Source: an uncultured Gammaproteobacteria bacterium (GTDB lineage Bacteria > Patescibacteriota > Microgenomatia > Levybacterales > UBA12049). Taken from it: a DNA stretch of 64,000 bases. Shown piece by piece: positions 36,512 to 45,309 of the stretch. The position numbers and the translations under genes were made by a program. Location of the stretch: the NCBI GenBank assembly GCA_964637955.1, contig CAZWXQ010000003.1, forward strand, positions 31,154-95,153, given 5' to 3'. The notes below the pieces were generated by a model, which was not told the origin of the DNA, did no database searches, and saw only the letters and a list, made by a program, of their open reading frames with translations. Position 1 is the first letter of the stretch. Each line of letters starts with the position of its first letter.

Positions 36512-38878
36512 ATGGATCGATTAGTCCCCATCATACCTATCAGAGACGGCATAATTTTCCCAAATACAGATTCAGTTTTGACTTTTGGGAGGCCAAAAAG
36601 TCTTGCAGCTCTCGAAATTTCTTTCTCTCAGGAGCGAGTAGTTTGTTTCGTTCTTCAGAAATCTGCTCGTGTTAACGACCCAAGCCCATCTGATATTTAT
36701 AGAATCGGAACGCTTTGCAGAATAGAGAGAATGATTAAGACTGATGGGGAAATAAATGCTCAAGTTAAAGGTTTGGCAAGAGTAAAAATTGAATCATTCC
36801 ATGAGAATGAAAATTTTCTCATAGGCCACGTTGAAGAATTGTCGGAAGATCTGACAGAGACTCCTGAAATTAAAGCACTTTGCAATCACATAACAAATGA
36901 ATTTAGAAGAGCAATGAATTTAGGGAAAACTGCAGACTTTTTAGTCTTTATGAACATTATGTCTCCTGATAATCCTCCAAATCAGCTCGCAGATTTAGTG
37001 GCTTCAGTTTTGGAATTAAAACCAACTCAGAAACAAGAGCTATTAGAAACAACTGATGTTAAAACCAGGCTTGAAAGAATAAGTGAGCTTTTAGCAAAGG
37101 AAATAAAAGTTTTGGAGCTGGAGAGAAAAATAGCAAGTAAGACTCAAGAAAGATTTGAAAAAGGTGCTAGGGAGGTAATGCTTAGAGAGAGACTTAAAAC
37201 AATTGAAAAAGAGCTTGGAGAAAATGATGAAGACTCAGAAATTCGAGAGCTTATGCAAAAAATAAAGGCTGCAGGAATGCCTGAAGAAATAGAGGAAAAA
37301 GCGAAAAAAGAAGCTAAGAAGTTATCTCAAATGGCACAATTTAATCCTGAAGCAGGATATATAAGAAACTATCTTGATTGGTTAATTGATCTTCCGTGGA
37401 GCAAAGAAACAAGTACAAATATAAATGTTAAGAATGCAGAAAAGCTTCTTGATAAAGAGCACTACGGATTAAAAGATGCTAAAGAAAGAATCGTAGAGTA
37501 TCTTGCGGTTCAGAAGCTAACAGGGAAAATGAGAGGTCCAATCTTGTGCTTTGTGGGTCCTCCAGGTGTAGGAAAAACTTCAATTGGAAAATCAATAGCC
37601 AGCTCTTTGGGTCGTGAGTTCGTAAAAGTTTCGCTTGGAGGAATAAGAGATGAAGCAGAAATTAGAGGACATAGGAGAACTTATGTAGGTGCACTTCCTG
37701 GAAGAATAATTCAGGGTATAAAAGATGCAGGAACAAAAAATCCAGTATTTATGCTTGATGAAATAGATAAAGTAGGAGCAGATTTTAGAGGTGATCCATC
37801 TTCAGCACTTCTTGAAGCTCTTGATCCAGAGCAAAACGGAGCATTTTCAGACCATTATCTAGAAGTTCCATTTGATCTTTCAAATGTTCTATTTATTACA
37901 ACTGCAAATGTCTTATATACAATTCCGCCAGCTCTCAGAGATAGGCTCGAAATCATCAATTTTGCAGGATATACACATGATGAGAAATTCAAAATTGCAA
38001 AAGATTTCCTTATCAAAAAGCAAATGGAAGGTCATGGAATTACTGATAAGGAGATAGAAATAACAGATGAAGGACTTAAATTTATAATAGAACATTATAC
38101 TAGAGAGGCTGGAGTTAGAAATTTGGAGCGTCAAATCGCTAAGCTTCTTAGAAAAGTAGCAAAATCAGTTGCAGAAGGGAAGAAGAAAAAAATCACCATT
38201 GATGCTGCAAATGTGCCTAAATATCTAGGGCCAATTAAAATGAAAGCCACACTTATAGAGAAAAAAGATGAAGTAGGTATGGCTACTGGTCTTGCATGGA
38301 CTGAAGCGGGTGGAGATATTTTGTTTATCGAAGTCGCAATAATGCCGGGAAAAGGAAGTCTAACTTTAACAGGTCAGCTTGGAGATGTCATGAAAGAATC
38401 TTGTCAGGCTGCAATGAGTTATATTCGCGCTAAAGGAATTGAGTTTGGATTGTCTCCAAAATTTTTCCAGAAAATTGATGTTCATGTTCATGTTCCTGAA
38501 GGAGCAGTTCCTAAAGATGGTCCATCGGCCGGAGACACTATTACCACAGCTATCGTTTCAGCGCTAACTAAGATTCCAGTAAAAAGAACTGTGGGGATGA
38601 CTGGCGAAGTTACGCTTCGAGGAAGAGTGCTTGAAATCGGTGGGGTTAAGGAAAAAGTGATTGCAGCGCACCGTGCAGGGCTTAAAACCATAATTCTGCC
38701 AAAAGATAATAAAAAAGATCTCGTAGATGTACCAAAAGAAGTATTAAGAGATCTCGATTTTAAATTCGTTTCTCATATGGATGAAGTTCTTGATATCGCT
38801 TTGGTCAAACAACTTCCTAGAGCACATGCTGTTGAACGAACTGTTTTGCATGCTCCTTCTCCTACCCAGGCAGATTAA
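36512..38878 (+). CDS. lon: ATP-dependent Lon protease
   Basis: Lon N domain, GPPGVGKTS, RGHRRTYVGA, LDEIDK, PKDGPSAG, IGGVKEK. Confidence 0.98.
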   Translation: MDRLVPIIPIRDGIIFPNTDSVLTFGRPKSLAALEISFSQERVVCFVLQKSARVNDPSPSDIYRIGTLCRIERMIKTDGEINAQVKGLARVKIESFHENENFLIGHVEELSEDLTETPEIKALCNHITNEFRRAMNLGKTADFLVFMNIMSPDNPPNQLADLVASVLELKPTQKQELLETTDVKTRLERISELLAKEIKVLELERKIASKTQERFEKGAREVMLRERLKTIEKELGENDEDSEIRELMQKIKAAGMPEEIEEKAKKEAKKLSQMAQFNPEAGYIRNYLDWLIDLPWSKETSTNINVKNAEKLLDKEHYGLKDAKERIVEYLAVQKLTGKMRGPILCFVGPPGVGKTSIGKSIASSLGREFVKVSLGGIRDEAEIRGHRRTYVGALPGRIIQGIKDAGTKNPVFMLDEIDKVGADFRGDPSSALLEALDPEQNGAFSDHYLEVPFDLSNVLFITTANVLYTIPPALRDRLEIINFAGYTHDEKFKIAKDFLIKKQMEGHGITDKEIEITDEGLKFIIEHYTREAGVRNLERQIAKLLRKVAKSVAEGKKKKITIDAANVPKYLGPIKMKATLIEKKDEVGMATGLAWTEAGGDILFIEVAIMPGKGSLTLTGQLGDVMKESCQAAMSYIRAKGIEFGLSPKFFQKIDVHVHVPEGAVPKDGPSAGDTITTAIVSALTKIPVKRTVGMTGEVTLRGRVLEIGGVKEKVIAAHRAGLKTIILPKDNKKDLVDVPKEVLRDLDFKFVSHMDEVLDIALVKQLPRAHAVERTVLHAPSPTQAD

Positions 38879-38930
38879 TTTAGAGATTTACAATATTCTT
38901 TACTAAAGTGATAGATTATCCACTCTTGCA

Positions 38931-38997
38931 CTTTAATTACCCGCAGAGATTGTAATTAAAGCACTGCGCATTTAAGCCAATTGGTTAGCTTAAGCGC
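38931..38997. ncRNA. Candidate two-hairpin structured RNA
   Basis: CTTTAATTAC/GTAATTAAAG stem and GCGC..TTAAGC/GCTTAAGCGC stem. Confidence 0.35.
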
Positions 38998-39033
38998 TTG
39001 ACAACATAAATAATTTCTGACAACAATTAGTTA

Positions 39034-39165
39034 ATGGCAAAAAAGAAAACAAAAGTAAAAAAAGTAGCTTCTTCGCGTGAAAAAACTTATGGAGGATTTA
39101 CGCAGTTTCAATTAATAGTCATCTTTTCAGTCTTTATAGTCTTCATGGCTTTCTTCTTAATGTAG
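39034..39165 (+). CDS. 43-aa basic, tail-anchored small membrane protein (not in ORF track)
   Basis: MAKKKTKVKKVASSREKTYGGFTQFQLIVIFSVFIVFMAFFLM; TTGACA at 38998. Confidence 0.72.
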   Translation: MAKKKTKVKKVASSREKTYGGFTQFQLIVIFSVFIVFMAFFLM

Positions 39166-39188
39166 CTTCCTTGATAGATCTAGCTTGA

Positions 39189-39338
39189 TATAGCTTATAT
39201 ATCTCGAAGAATTTTGTTTATCAGGATGACTGGTTAAAAATTAGAATTGATGATTTCGAAGAAGAGGGAGCGCAAAATAAATACACTGTTCTTGAGCGAC
39301 CGGAAGCAATTGTAATTAGTACAATTAGTCCTATATAG
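39189..39338 (+). pseudogene. N-terminal fragment of an ADP-ribose pyrophosphatase-type Nudix gene
   Basis: SKNFVYQDDWLKIRIDDFEEEGAQNKYTVLERPEAIVI; no start codon, stops before the Nudix box. Confidence 0.55.
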
Positions 39339-39360
39339 CTTTTATTTCATATTGTCAAAC

Positions 39361-39502
39361 TATGGGGCTAAGTGCCTCGTAGGCATAAGCACATGAATGT
39401 TGCAATATTTCTTTTTGCAGTACTCAGGAGTTAAAATCCTCTGCAAGCGCTTACTTACAAAAAATCTAGCAATGTTAGACTTGCTTGTGAGTAGCCCAAA
39501 TA
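39361..39502. ncRNA. Candidate multi-hairpin structured RNA
   Basis: Three internal stems plus a possible closing stem GGGCTA/TAGCCC. Confidence 0.35.
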
Positions 39503-39551
39503 TTTCAGGATTGGAACCAAATACGGAAGTCCTTGGAGGATTGGAAAGAGA

Positions 39552-40214
39552 TTATGCAGCCGAAGCTTCAGCCTGAGTCCCTGCAGTACTACCATTAGCT
39601 TGTGGAACTTCTAAATTCATGACTTGAGAAAGATAAGCTTTAGAGGAGGGTACGAGATGCTGTAATGGTAATTTGCTTATAAATACAAAGTAATCAGAGT
39701 TTGGAACTAGCTTTGGTTCATATCCCGCTTCTCTAAGAGATTTTGCGTCAAACATTAGCTCTATAAATCTTTGCTCTGGTTGTTCAAATTGATAACCTTC
39801 AGGAAATGCTCCTCCCCACCACCTATGTGGATCATGAGAGCCAGTCCAAGTCCCATCTGATTTTCCGATCATTCCGCCATTTTCTCTAATTGCATATTCA
39901 ACCCAGCCACTTTGAGTGATATGAACTAAAAAATTTGGCCTATCCGATCCTTCTTGATCAAATTTATTTTGTCTGTAATATTTATATGCGTGACTCGGGT
40001 CATTGTAATCATAGGTAGATCCATCTGGGAGAGTAATTCTCATTGCTGTTGACTTGGGGTGTCCAGCTGCTGCAAGCGGATTGTATCCCCATTCCCATTG
40101 ATCTTTAAGCCATTCTTGAACCAATGAGTCTTTAGGATCAAAGACAGTTAAGCCACTCTCTTTAGATATTGATGGTAAAGTATCTGGACTTAGTCCTTCT
40201 CCTGACTCTGGCAT
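39552..40214 (-). CDS. Hypothetical protein, possible ADP-ribosyltransferase (Tpt1/KptA-like) fold
   Basis: LVHIT...AIRENGG...IELMFDAKSLREAGY...KLPLQHL pattern. Confidence 0.55.
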   Translation of the reverse strand: MPESGEGLSPDTLPSISKESGLTVFDPKDSLVQEWLKDQWEWGYNPLAAAGHPKSTAMRITLPDGSTYDYNDPSHAYKYYRQNKFDQEGSDRPNFLVHITQSGWVEYAIRENGGMIGKSDGTWTGSHDPHRWWGGAFPEGYQFEQPEQRFIELMFDAKSLREAGYEPKLVPNSDYFVFISKLPLQHLVPSSKAYLSQVMNLEVPQANGSTAGTQAEASAA

Positions 40215-40326
40215 AAATCAACTCTAGCATTTAAATGTGAAATAAGTCAAAAGCAAAGTTTAGTGGAACCAAAATAGCATCAAATTTTAAATAAAACTTG
40301 GAGAAGTTGGCAAAATAAGCCTTGAG

Positions 40327-40400
40327 TACCCCGTAGGGGAGTTGAACCCCTGATTTTCGGAATGAGAATCCGACGTCCTTGGCCACTAGACGAACGGGGC
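40327..40400 (-). tRNA. tRNA-Glu (anticodon CTC)
   Basis: GCCCCGT/ACGGGGT acceptor, TCGGA-TTCTCAT-TCCGA anticodon arm, AGGGG-TTCAACT-CCCCT T arm; no encoded CCA. Confidence 0.96.
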
Positions 40401-40428
40401 AAGTTAAATTATATTTTACCTTAAATTG

Positions 40429-40450
40429 AGGCTTAAATCCAGCAAATTAT
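40429..40450. repeat. 22-bp direct repeat, copy 1
   Basis: aggcttaaatccagcaaattat, identical to 41680-41701. Confidence 0.9.
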
Positions 40451-40466
40451 CTTCAAAGAGCGTTTA

Positions 40467-41606
40467 TTATGAGGGCTTATTAAACATCGCTTGTGCGATA
40501 TCTTTTGGTTTTACTCCTTGATAATATGCATCTGTCGCACTTTTCGCTATCCCAGAAATTTTATCAGCGAGGAGTGGTCCATCGGTCGGCATAGCTCTAA
40601 ATGCATGTGCAAGAACAAATGGCAAATGGTCACGCGCTCTATCAAGTCTCTCTGAAGCAAATGTTTCTGCTAAGCCTCTCATCCAAGTATCTGGATCAAA
40701 AAAATCAAATTCTCTTGGGCTTGGAGCAGGTGGAATATCTGTAATACCATGTTGTCTTAAAAAAACCTCTATTCCCTGCATAACTTCGGATCCGGCAATG
40801 CTTACTTCGTTAGCATTAATGTTATTTGGAGGTATTCCTAACTGAGGAAGCAAGCGAATTAATATTGGAAAATCTATCGGATTTAACCAATGTTGGTTTT
40901 GTGCGAAATACTGTCCGTATTTTGCAGAATCAAGAATAGATATGAAGTCATAAATTTTTGACTCTATATTTGAATCGTATGAAGGTTGAGCCAGATAATA
41001 GTATGCCCAATGCATCTCTTTCATAAATTCCATTTGCGGATTTGGAATGTTCTCTAAGGCATCAAGAGTCTTGATTGCCTTTTTCCCTACATCTATAACT
41101 AATTCCTGACCTTTTCCTTGGACATATCCCCTGAACCTTCTAGCTAGATTAGGTGAAAATCGATCTACAACTTTTTCAACTCTTGAAACCCAGGGTTTAA
41201 TAGCTGCGATATCACCTGCTGTCGGGAGCTTTACAGGTACCTCAGGGTATCTATTGTGAGCAATTACGCTTGTAACCATTGGAAGAAATGGGTAAAGTTC
41301 CTCTGGAGGTTTTATGTCAGTGAGTTCTTGCGTACTCACGTTTCCAGTTAGTTCTCCAACTGCTCTTCCAAGATTTCCTATTCCTTCCCAATTTAAAGGT
41401 AATGAAAATATATTTACATCTTCGGGCTGCGCTTTAGGTGCATCGTAATTTGCCAACCAAGTTCTAATTCGCACTAAGTCTCTAGTTTCACTGGGAGTTT
41501 GTGGATAAGGGTTTTGGGGGTTTTTTCTTTCAATCTCTTCATCAAAACTGGCCTCTTCAAATCCTGTAGGATCTGGTAAAGGAACTTGCTCGCCAAACTC
41601 ACTCAT
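40467..41606 (-). CDS. Hypothetical protein
   Basis: 379-aa ORF, TATAAT 6 nt upstream; no family recognised. Confidence 0.8.
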   Translation of the reverse strand: MSEFGEQVPLPDPTGFEEASFDEEIERKNPQNPYPQTPSETRDLVRIRTWLANYDAPKAQPEDVNIFSLPLNWEGIGNLGRAVGELTGNVSTQELTDIKPPEELYPFLPMVTSVIAHNRYPEVPVKLPTAGDIAAIKPWVSRVEKVVDRFSPNLARRFRGYVQGKGQELVIDVGKKAIKTLDALENIPNPQMEFMKEMHWAYYYLAQPSYDSNIESKIYDFISILDSAKYGQYFAQNQHWLNPIDFPILIRLLPQLGIPPNNINANEVSIAGSEVMQGIEVFLRQHGITDIPPAPSPREFDFFDPDTWMRGLAETFASERLDRARDHLPFVLAHAFRAMPTDGPLLADKISGIAKSATDAYYQGVKPKDIAQAMFNKPS

Positions 41607-41679
41607 AAATTTATTATATAAGTACCTAGCTTAAAGTAAAATATATCAGGAATAGTTAAGTAGTAATCTTGTTATTTTT

Positions 41680-41701
41680 AGGCTTAAATCCAGCAAATTA
41701 T
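41680..41701. repeat. 22-bp direct repeat, copy 2
   Basis: aggcttaaatccagcaaattat, identical to 40429-40450. Confidence 0.9.
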
Positions 41702-41832
41702 ATTTGTTAAGGAATGAATTTTTTCGTATAATTATTGAATGAATAAATCCCGCACCAATTCTATGCGAGATATTAAATATGCAAAAAAAAATAAAGAACA
41801 AATCATTTTTATGAAATGGGGGATATTTTAAT

Positions 41833-42594
41833 ATGGTGCGGGATAAAGTTCATCTATCCGTAATTATTCCTTCATATAATGAGAAAGCTAACCTTCGAAA
41901 AGGAGTTTTAGACAAAATCGATCATTATCTATCGCGCCAAAAATATAGCTGGGAAGTCATAATAGTTGATGATGGATCAAGCGACGGAAGCTATGAGTTT
42001 GTCGAAGAATTTACGAAAGATAATAAAAAATTTAGAGTGATTAAGGGAGAACACTCTGGAAAGGCCGGCGCAGTAGTAAAAGGAATTCTGGATGCTCATG
42101 GAAAAATAAGACTTTTTACTGATATGGATCAGGCTACTCCGATTGAAGAAGTTGAAAAAATGCTTCCATTTTTTGAAGATGGATTTGATATTGTGATTGG
42201 TTCACGTACTGCACGTTCAGGGTCACCGCTATCAAGGAGGGTGATGTCTAAAAGTATGATCATTCTTAGAAAAATGACCGTAGGGATCACTGAGATTGAA
42301 GATACTCAGTGTGGTTTTAAAATGTTCTCCGAAGAAGCTGCAAAAAAACTCTTCACAAAATTATCAGAGATTCATCAAGGTTTTTCGCAAATTAACGGAT
42401 CAAATGTTACTGCAGGATTTGATGTGGAACTACTTTTAATCGCGAGTAAGCTTGGATATAAAATAAAAGAAGTGCCAGTAGAATGGCTGTATGTTGAGTC
42501 GAGAAGAGTTAGTCCGATTAAAGATTCTATCAATGGACTTTTAGATCTTTTGGAAATTTCTTCAAATAGGCTTGCTGGCAAATACAATATATGA
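41833..42594 (+). CDS. GT2 polyprenol-phosphate glycosyltransferase (ALG5/DPM-like)
   Basis: IIPSYNE, VDDGS, FTDMD, IGSR, DTQCGFKMF, FDVELL. Confidence 0.92.
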   Translation: MVRDKVHLSVIIPSYNEKANLRKGVLDKIDHYLSRQKYSWEVIIVDDGSSDGSYEFVEEFTKDNKKFRVIKGEHSGKAGAVVKGILDAHGKIRLFTDMDQATPIEEVEKMLPFFEDGFDIVIGSRTARSGSPLSRRVMSKSMIILRKMTVGITEIEDTQCGFKMFSEEAAKKLFTKLSEIHQGFSQINGSNVTAGFDVELLLIASKLGYKIKEVPVEWLYVESRRVSPIKDSINGLLDLLEISSNRLAGKYNI

Positions 42595-43766
42595 ACTTAG
42601 GAAAATATTTTCCGTTGACTTTTGTAATTGTTATTTTTGCGCTGTTTATTTATTCTTTCACCCAAATAGATTTAGGATTAACCTTCTCACATTATCCAAT
42701 TCTTCATAATATCGAAATGGGTTTTAAAGAGATAGGTTATTTTAGAAGACCTGTTTCAACAGGAATTTATTTGATAATAATCTCTCTTTTATTTTTATAT
42801 TTTGGATATTTTTTGAAAGTAAGTTTGAAAAAAGAAATTAAAATAAATTTAATTTGGAAAATATTAATAGTTACTTCGGTTGTTCTCTCTTTTTCTTATG
42901 TAGCTTTTTCTCATGATTTATTCAATTATATTTTTGACGCAAAAATAATTACTTTTTATCATGAGAATCCATATTTTCATCCAGCGCTAGATTTTCCCGG
43001 AGATCCTATGCTTTCATTTATGCATTGGACCCATAGGCTATATCCATACGGACCATTTTGGCTGGCAATTACTGTGCCATTTTCATTTGCAGGCTTTGGT
43101 GTATTTCTTGTTAATTTTTTCTTATTTAAATTTATAGCAACCATTTTTTATTTAGGTTCTGTATTTTTAATATATAAAATTAATAAAAAAATAAATCCCG
43201 GTTCTGAAATATTCAATACAGTTTTATTTGCTTTTAACCCACTTATTTTAATTGAATGCCTAGTTTCTTCTCACAATGATATAGCTATGGTATTTTTCGC
43301 ACTTCTTGGAATTTATTGTTATTTCATAAATAAAAAAATACTTGGACTTTTAATAATTTTATTATCATCGCAAATAAAAATTCCAACAATTGCATTGCTT
43401 TTTCCGGCAATCGTGGGATTTCTTCCTATAAAATCTTTAAACTTTAGTCCACAAAAATTTGTAATTACTTCAGTCGCAGTTATGACATTTATTACATTTG
43501 CAGCGCTAACCAAATATGAAATTCAACCATGGTATATTCTTTGGGTATTGCCATTTGTTTCCCTGTTAAAACCAAACAAATATGTTGTCAGTCTTGTTTT
43601 TGGAATTTCCTTAGGTCTCCTTTTGAGATACACAGTTTTTCTTTATGCTGGAAATTGGGATGGAATTTTAATATCTGTAAGAAATGCTTTAACGATTATG
43701 TCGATTGGATTATCACTCATTGTTGGCTTTGTTTGGAGCAAGAAAAAAGGATATAATCTAAGCTGA
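42591..43766 (+). CDS. GT-C membrane glycosyltransferase (MptB/GT87-like)
   Basis: SHDLFNY, NPY..P, YPYGP, FNPLILIE...SHND, QPWY. Confidence 0.82.
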   Translation: MNLGKYFPLTFVIVIFALFIYSFTQIDLGLTFSHYPILHNIEMGFKEIGYFRRPVSTGIYLIIISLLFLYFGYFLKVSLKKEIKINLIWKILIVTSVVLSFSYVAFSHDLFNYIFDAKIITFYHENPYFHPALDFPGDPMLSFMHWTHRLYPYGPFWLAITVPFSFAGFGVFLVNFFLFKFIATIFYLGSVFLIYKINKKINPGSEIFNTVLFAFNPLILIECLVSSHNDIAMVFFALLGIYCYFINKKILGLLIILLSSQIKIPTIALLFPAIVGFLPIKSLNFSPQKFVITSVAVMTFITFAALTKYEIQPWYILWVLPFVSLLKPNKYVVSLVFGISLGLLLRYTVFLYAGNWDGILISVRNALTIMSIGLSLIVGFVWSKKKGYNLS

Positions 43767-45307
43767 TGAATCTAATATTAAAATATAAAAAGGAAATTGT
43801 TGTTTCGGTAGGATTAATTGCTATATATTTTTTTTCCAGACTTATTCATTTAGGAAATTTTCCAATTTTTACAGATGAAGCCATTTATGTAAGGTGGGCT
43901 CAGATAGCTTCAAATGATGCTGCTTGGCGATTTATTTCATTAACAGATGGAAAGCAGCCGATGTTTGTTTGGGTGGCAATGATTCTAATTAAAGTAATTG
44001 AGGATCCTCTTCTGGCATCTCGAATAGTCTCTGTTTTTGCAGGATTTTTTACTCTTTTTGGGCTCTGGTTTTTATCATTTGAGCTTTTTAAGGATAAAAA
44101 AATCGCATTTTTAACAGCGTTTCTATATATCTGTTTTCCTTTTGCTGTAGTTTATGACAGGCTGGCTCTTTATGACAGCATGGTCGGTGCGTTTGCAGTT
44201 TGGGCAGCATACATCTCAATTCTTCTTGTTAGAAAAATAAGACTTGATGTTGCTTTTATTTTAGGATTTGTTTTAGCTGGAGGAATGCTAACAAAATCAA
44301 ATGCAAATTTCAGTATTTTAATGCTTCCTTTTACGCTTATTCTTTTTAATTTTAAGAAGTTTAAAAAGATAAATCTAGTTAAATGGGCTGTTTTTGCTTT
44401 TATTGCAGTAGCTATGGCAGAAGTATTTTATAATGCTCTTAGACTTTCTCCGTTTTTTCATATTATTGCTGAAAAAAATGTTACTTTTGTGTATCCAATA
44501 TCAGAATGGATTAATCACCCATTTACTTTCTTCTTCGGAAATTTAAAAGGGCTATCTGGATGGCTCTTTACTTACTTAACACCTTTATTTGTTCTTGCTA
44601 TTGTTCTATCATTCTTTTCAAAAACATATATAAAAGAAAAGATTTTATTATTGCTTTATTTTCTAGCACCTTATATTGCTCTTGCGCTTTTTGGAAAAGT
44701 AATATTCCCACGGCATATATTCTTCACAAGTCTTTATCTTCTCCCTTTGGTATCAGTTGGGATATTTTTGATAATAAATTTTCTAAATAATTATTTTCAG
44801 AAAAGAAAGCTTAATGTTGGCAATGTTGTAGCTGGATTAGTGATTCTTGCCTTTACAATTTATCCAATTAAAATTTCTTTAGATTTCATATTTAATCCTA
44901 TGCATGCTGCTATTGCAAATTCAGATAGGGGACAGCTTATTGCTGATTGGCCATCTGGTGGCGGAGTAAAAGAATCTGTCGTGTTTTTTAATGAGCAAGC
45001 AAAAAATGGACCAATTTTCATTGGTACTCAAGGGACATTTGGATTAATGCCAGCTAGTTTAGATATTTATCTTAGTAAAAATCCAAATGTTAGAACAAAG
45101 GGATATTGGCCAGTTGGTGAAGAAATTCCAGAAGATGTCCTGAAAATGGCTTCTAAAATGCCTACATACTTTATATTTTATCAGCCATGTGGAGCTTGTA
45201 AATTTTCAGGAGAAGCACCTGCAGATTGGCCCGTCACGCCAATAAAAAGAATACAAAAATCAGATAATGTATTTTATACTATTTATAAAGTAAATCCAAA
45301 TAACTAG
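43766..45307 (+). CDS. GT-C glycosyltransferase (ArnT/PMT family)
   Basis: PIFTDEAIY, DGKQP, YDRLALYDS, LTKS. Confidence 0.85.
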   Translation: MNLILKYKKEIVVSVGLIAIYFFSRLIHLGNFPIFTDEAIYVRWAQIASNDAAWRFISLTDGKQPMFVWVAMILIKVIEDPLLASRIVSVFAGFFTLFGLWFLSFELFKDKKIAFLTAFLYICFPFAVVYDRLALYDSMVGAFAVWAAYISILLVRKIRLDVAFILGFVLAGGMLTKSNANFSILMLPFTLILFNFKKFKKINLVKWAVFAFIAVAMAEVFYNALRLSPFFHIIAEKNVTFVYPISEWINHPFTFFFGNLKGLSGWLFTYLTPLFVLAIVLSFFSKTYIKEKILLLLYFLAPYIALALFGKVIFPRHIFFTSLYLLPLVSVGIFLIINFLNNYFQKRKLNVGNVVAGLVILAFTIYPIKISLDFIFNPMHAAIANSDRGQLIADWPSGGGVKESVVFFNEQAKNGPIFIGTQGTFGLMPASLDIYLSKNPNVRTKGYWPVGEEIPEDVLKMASKMPTYFIFYQPCGACKFSGEAPADWPVTPIKRIQKSDNVFYTIYKVNPNN

Positions 45308-45309
45308 AG

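Noticed and set aside
38990-39035. tmRNA tag-like sequence (ataatttctgacaacaattag)
   Set aside because: No tRNA-like ends or Ala-ending tag ORF; better explained as the promoter of the 43-aa gene.
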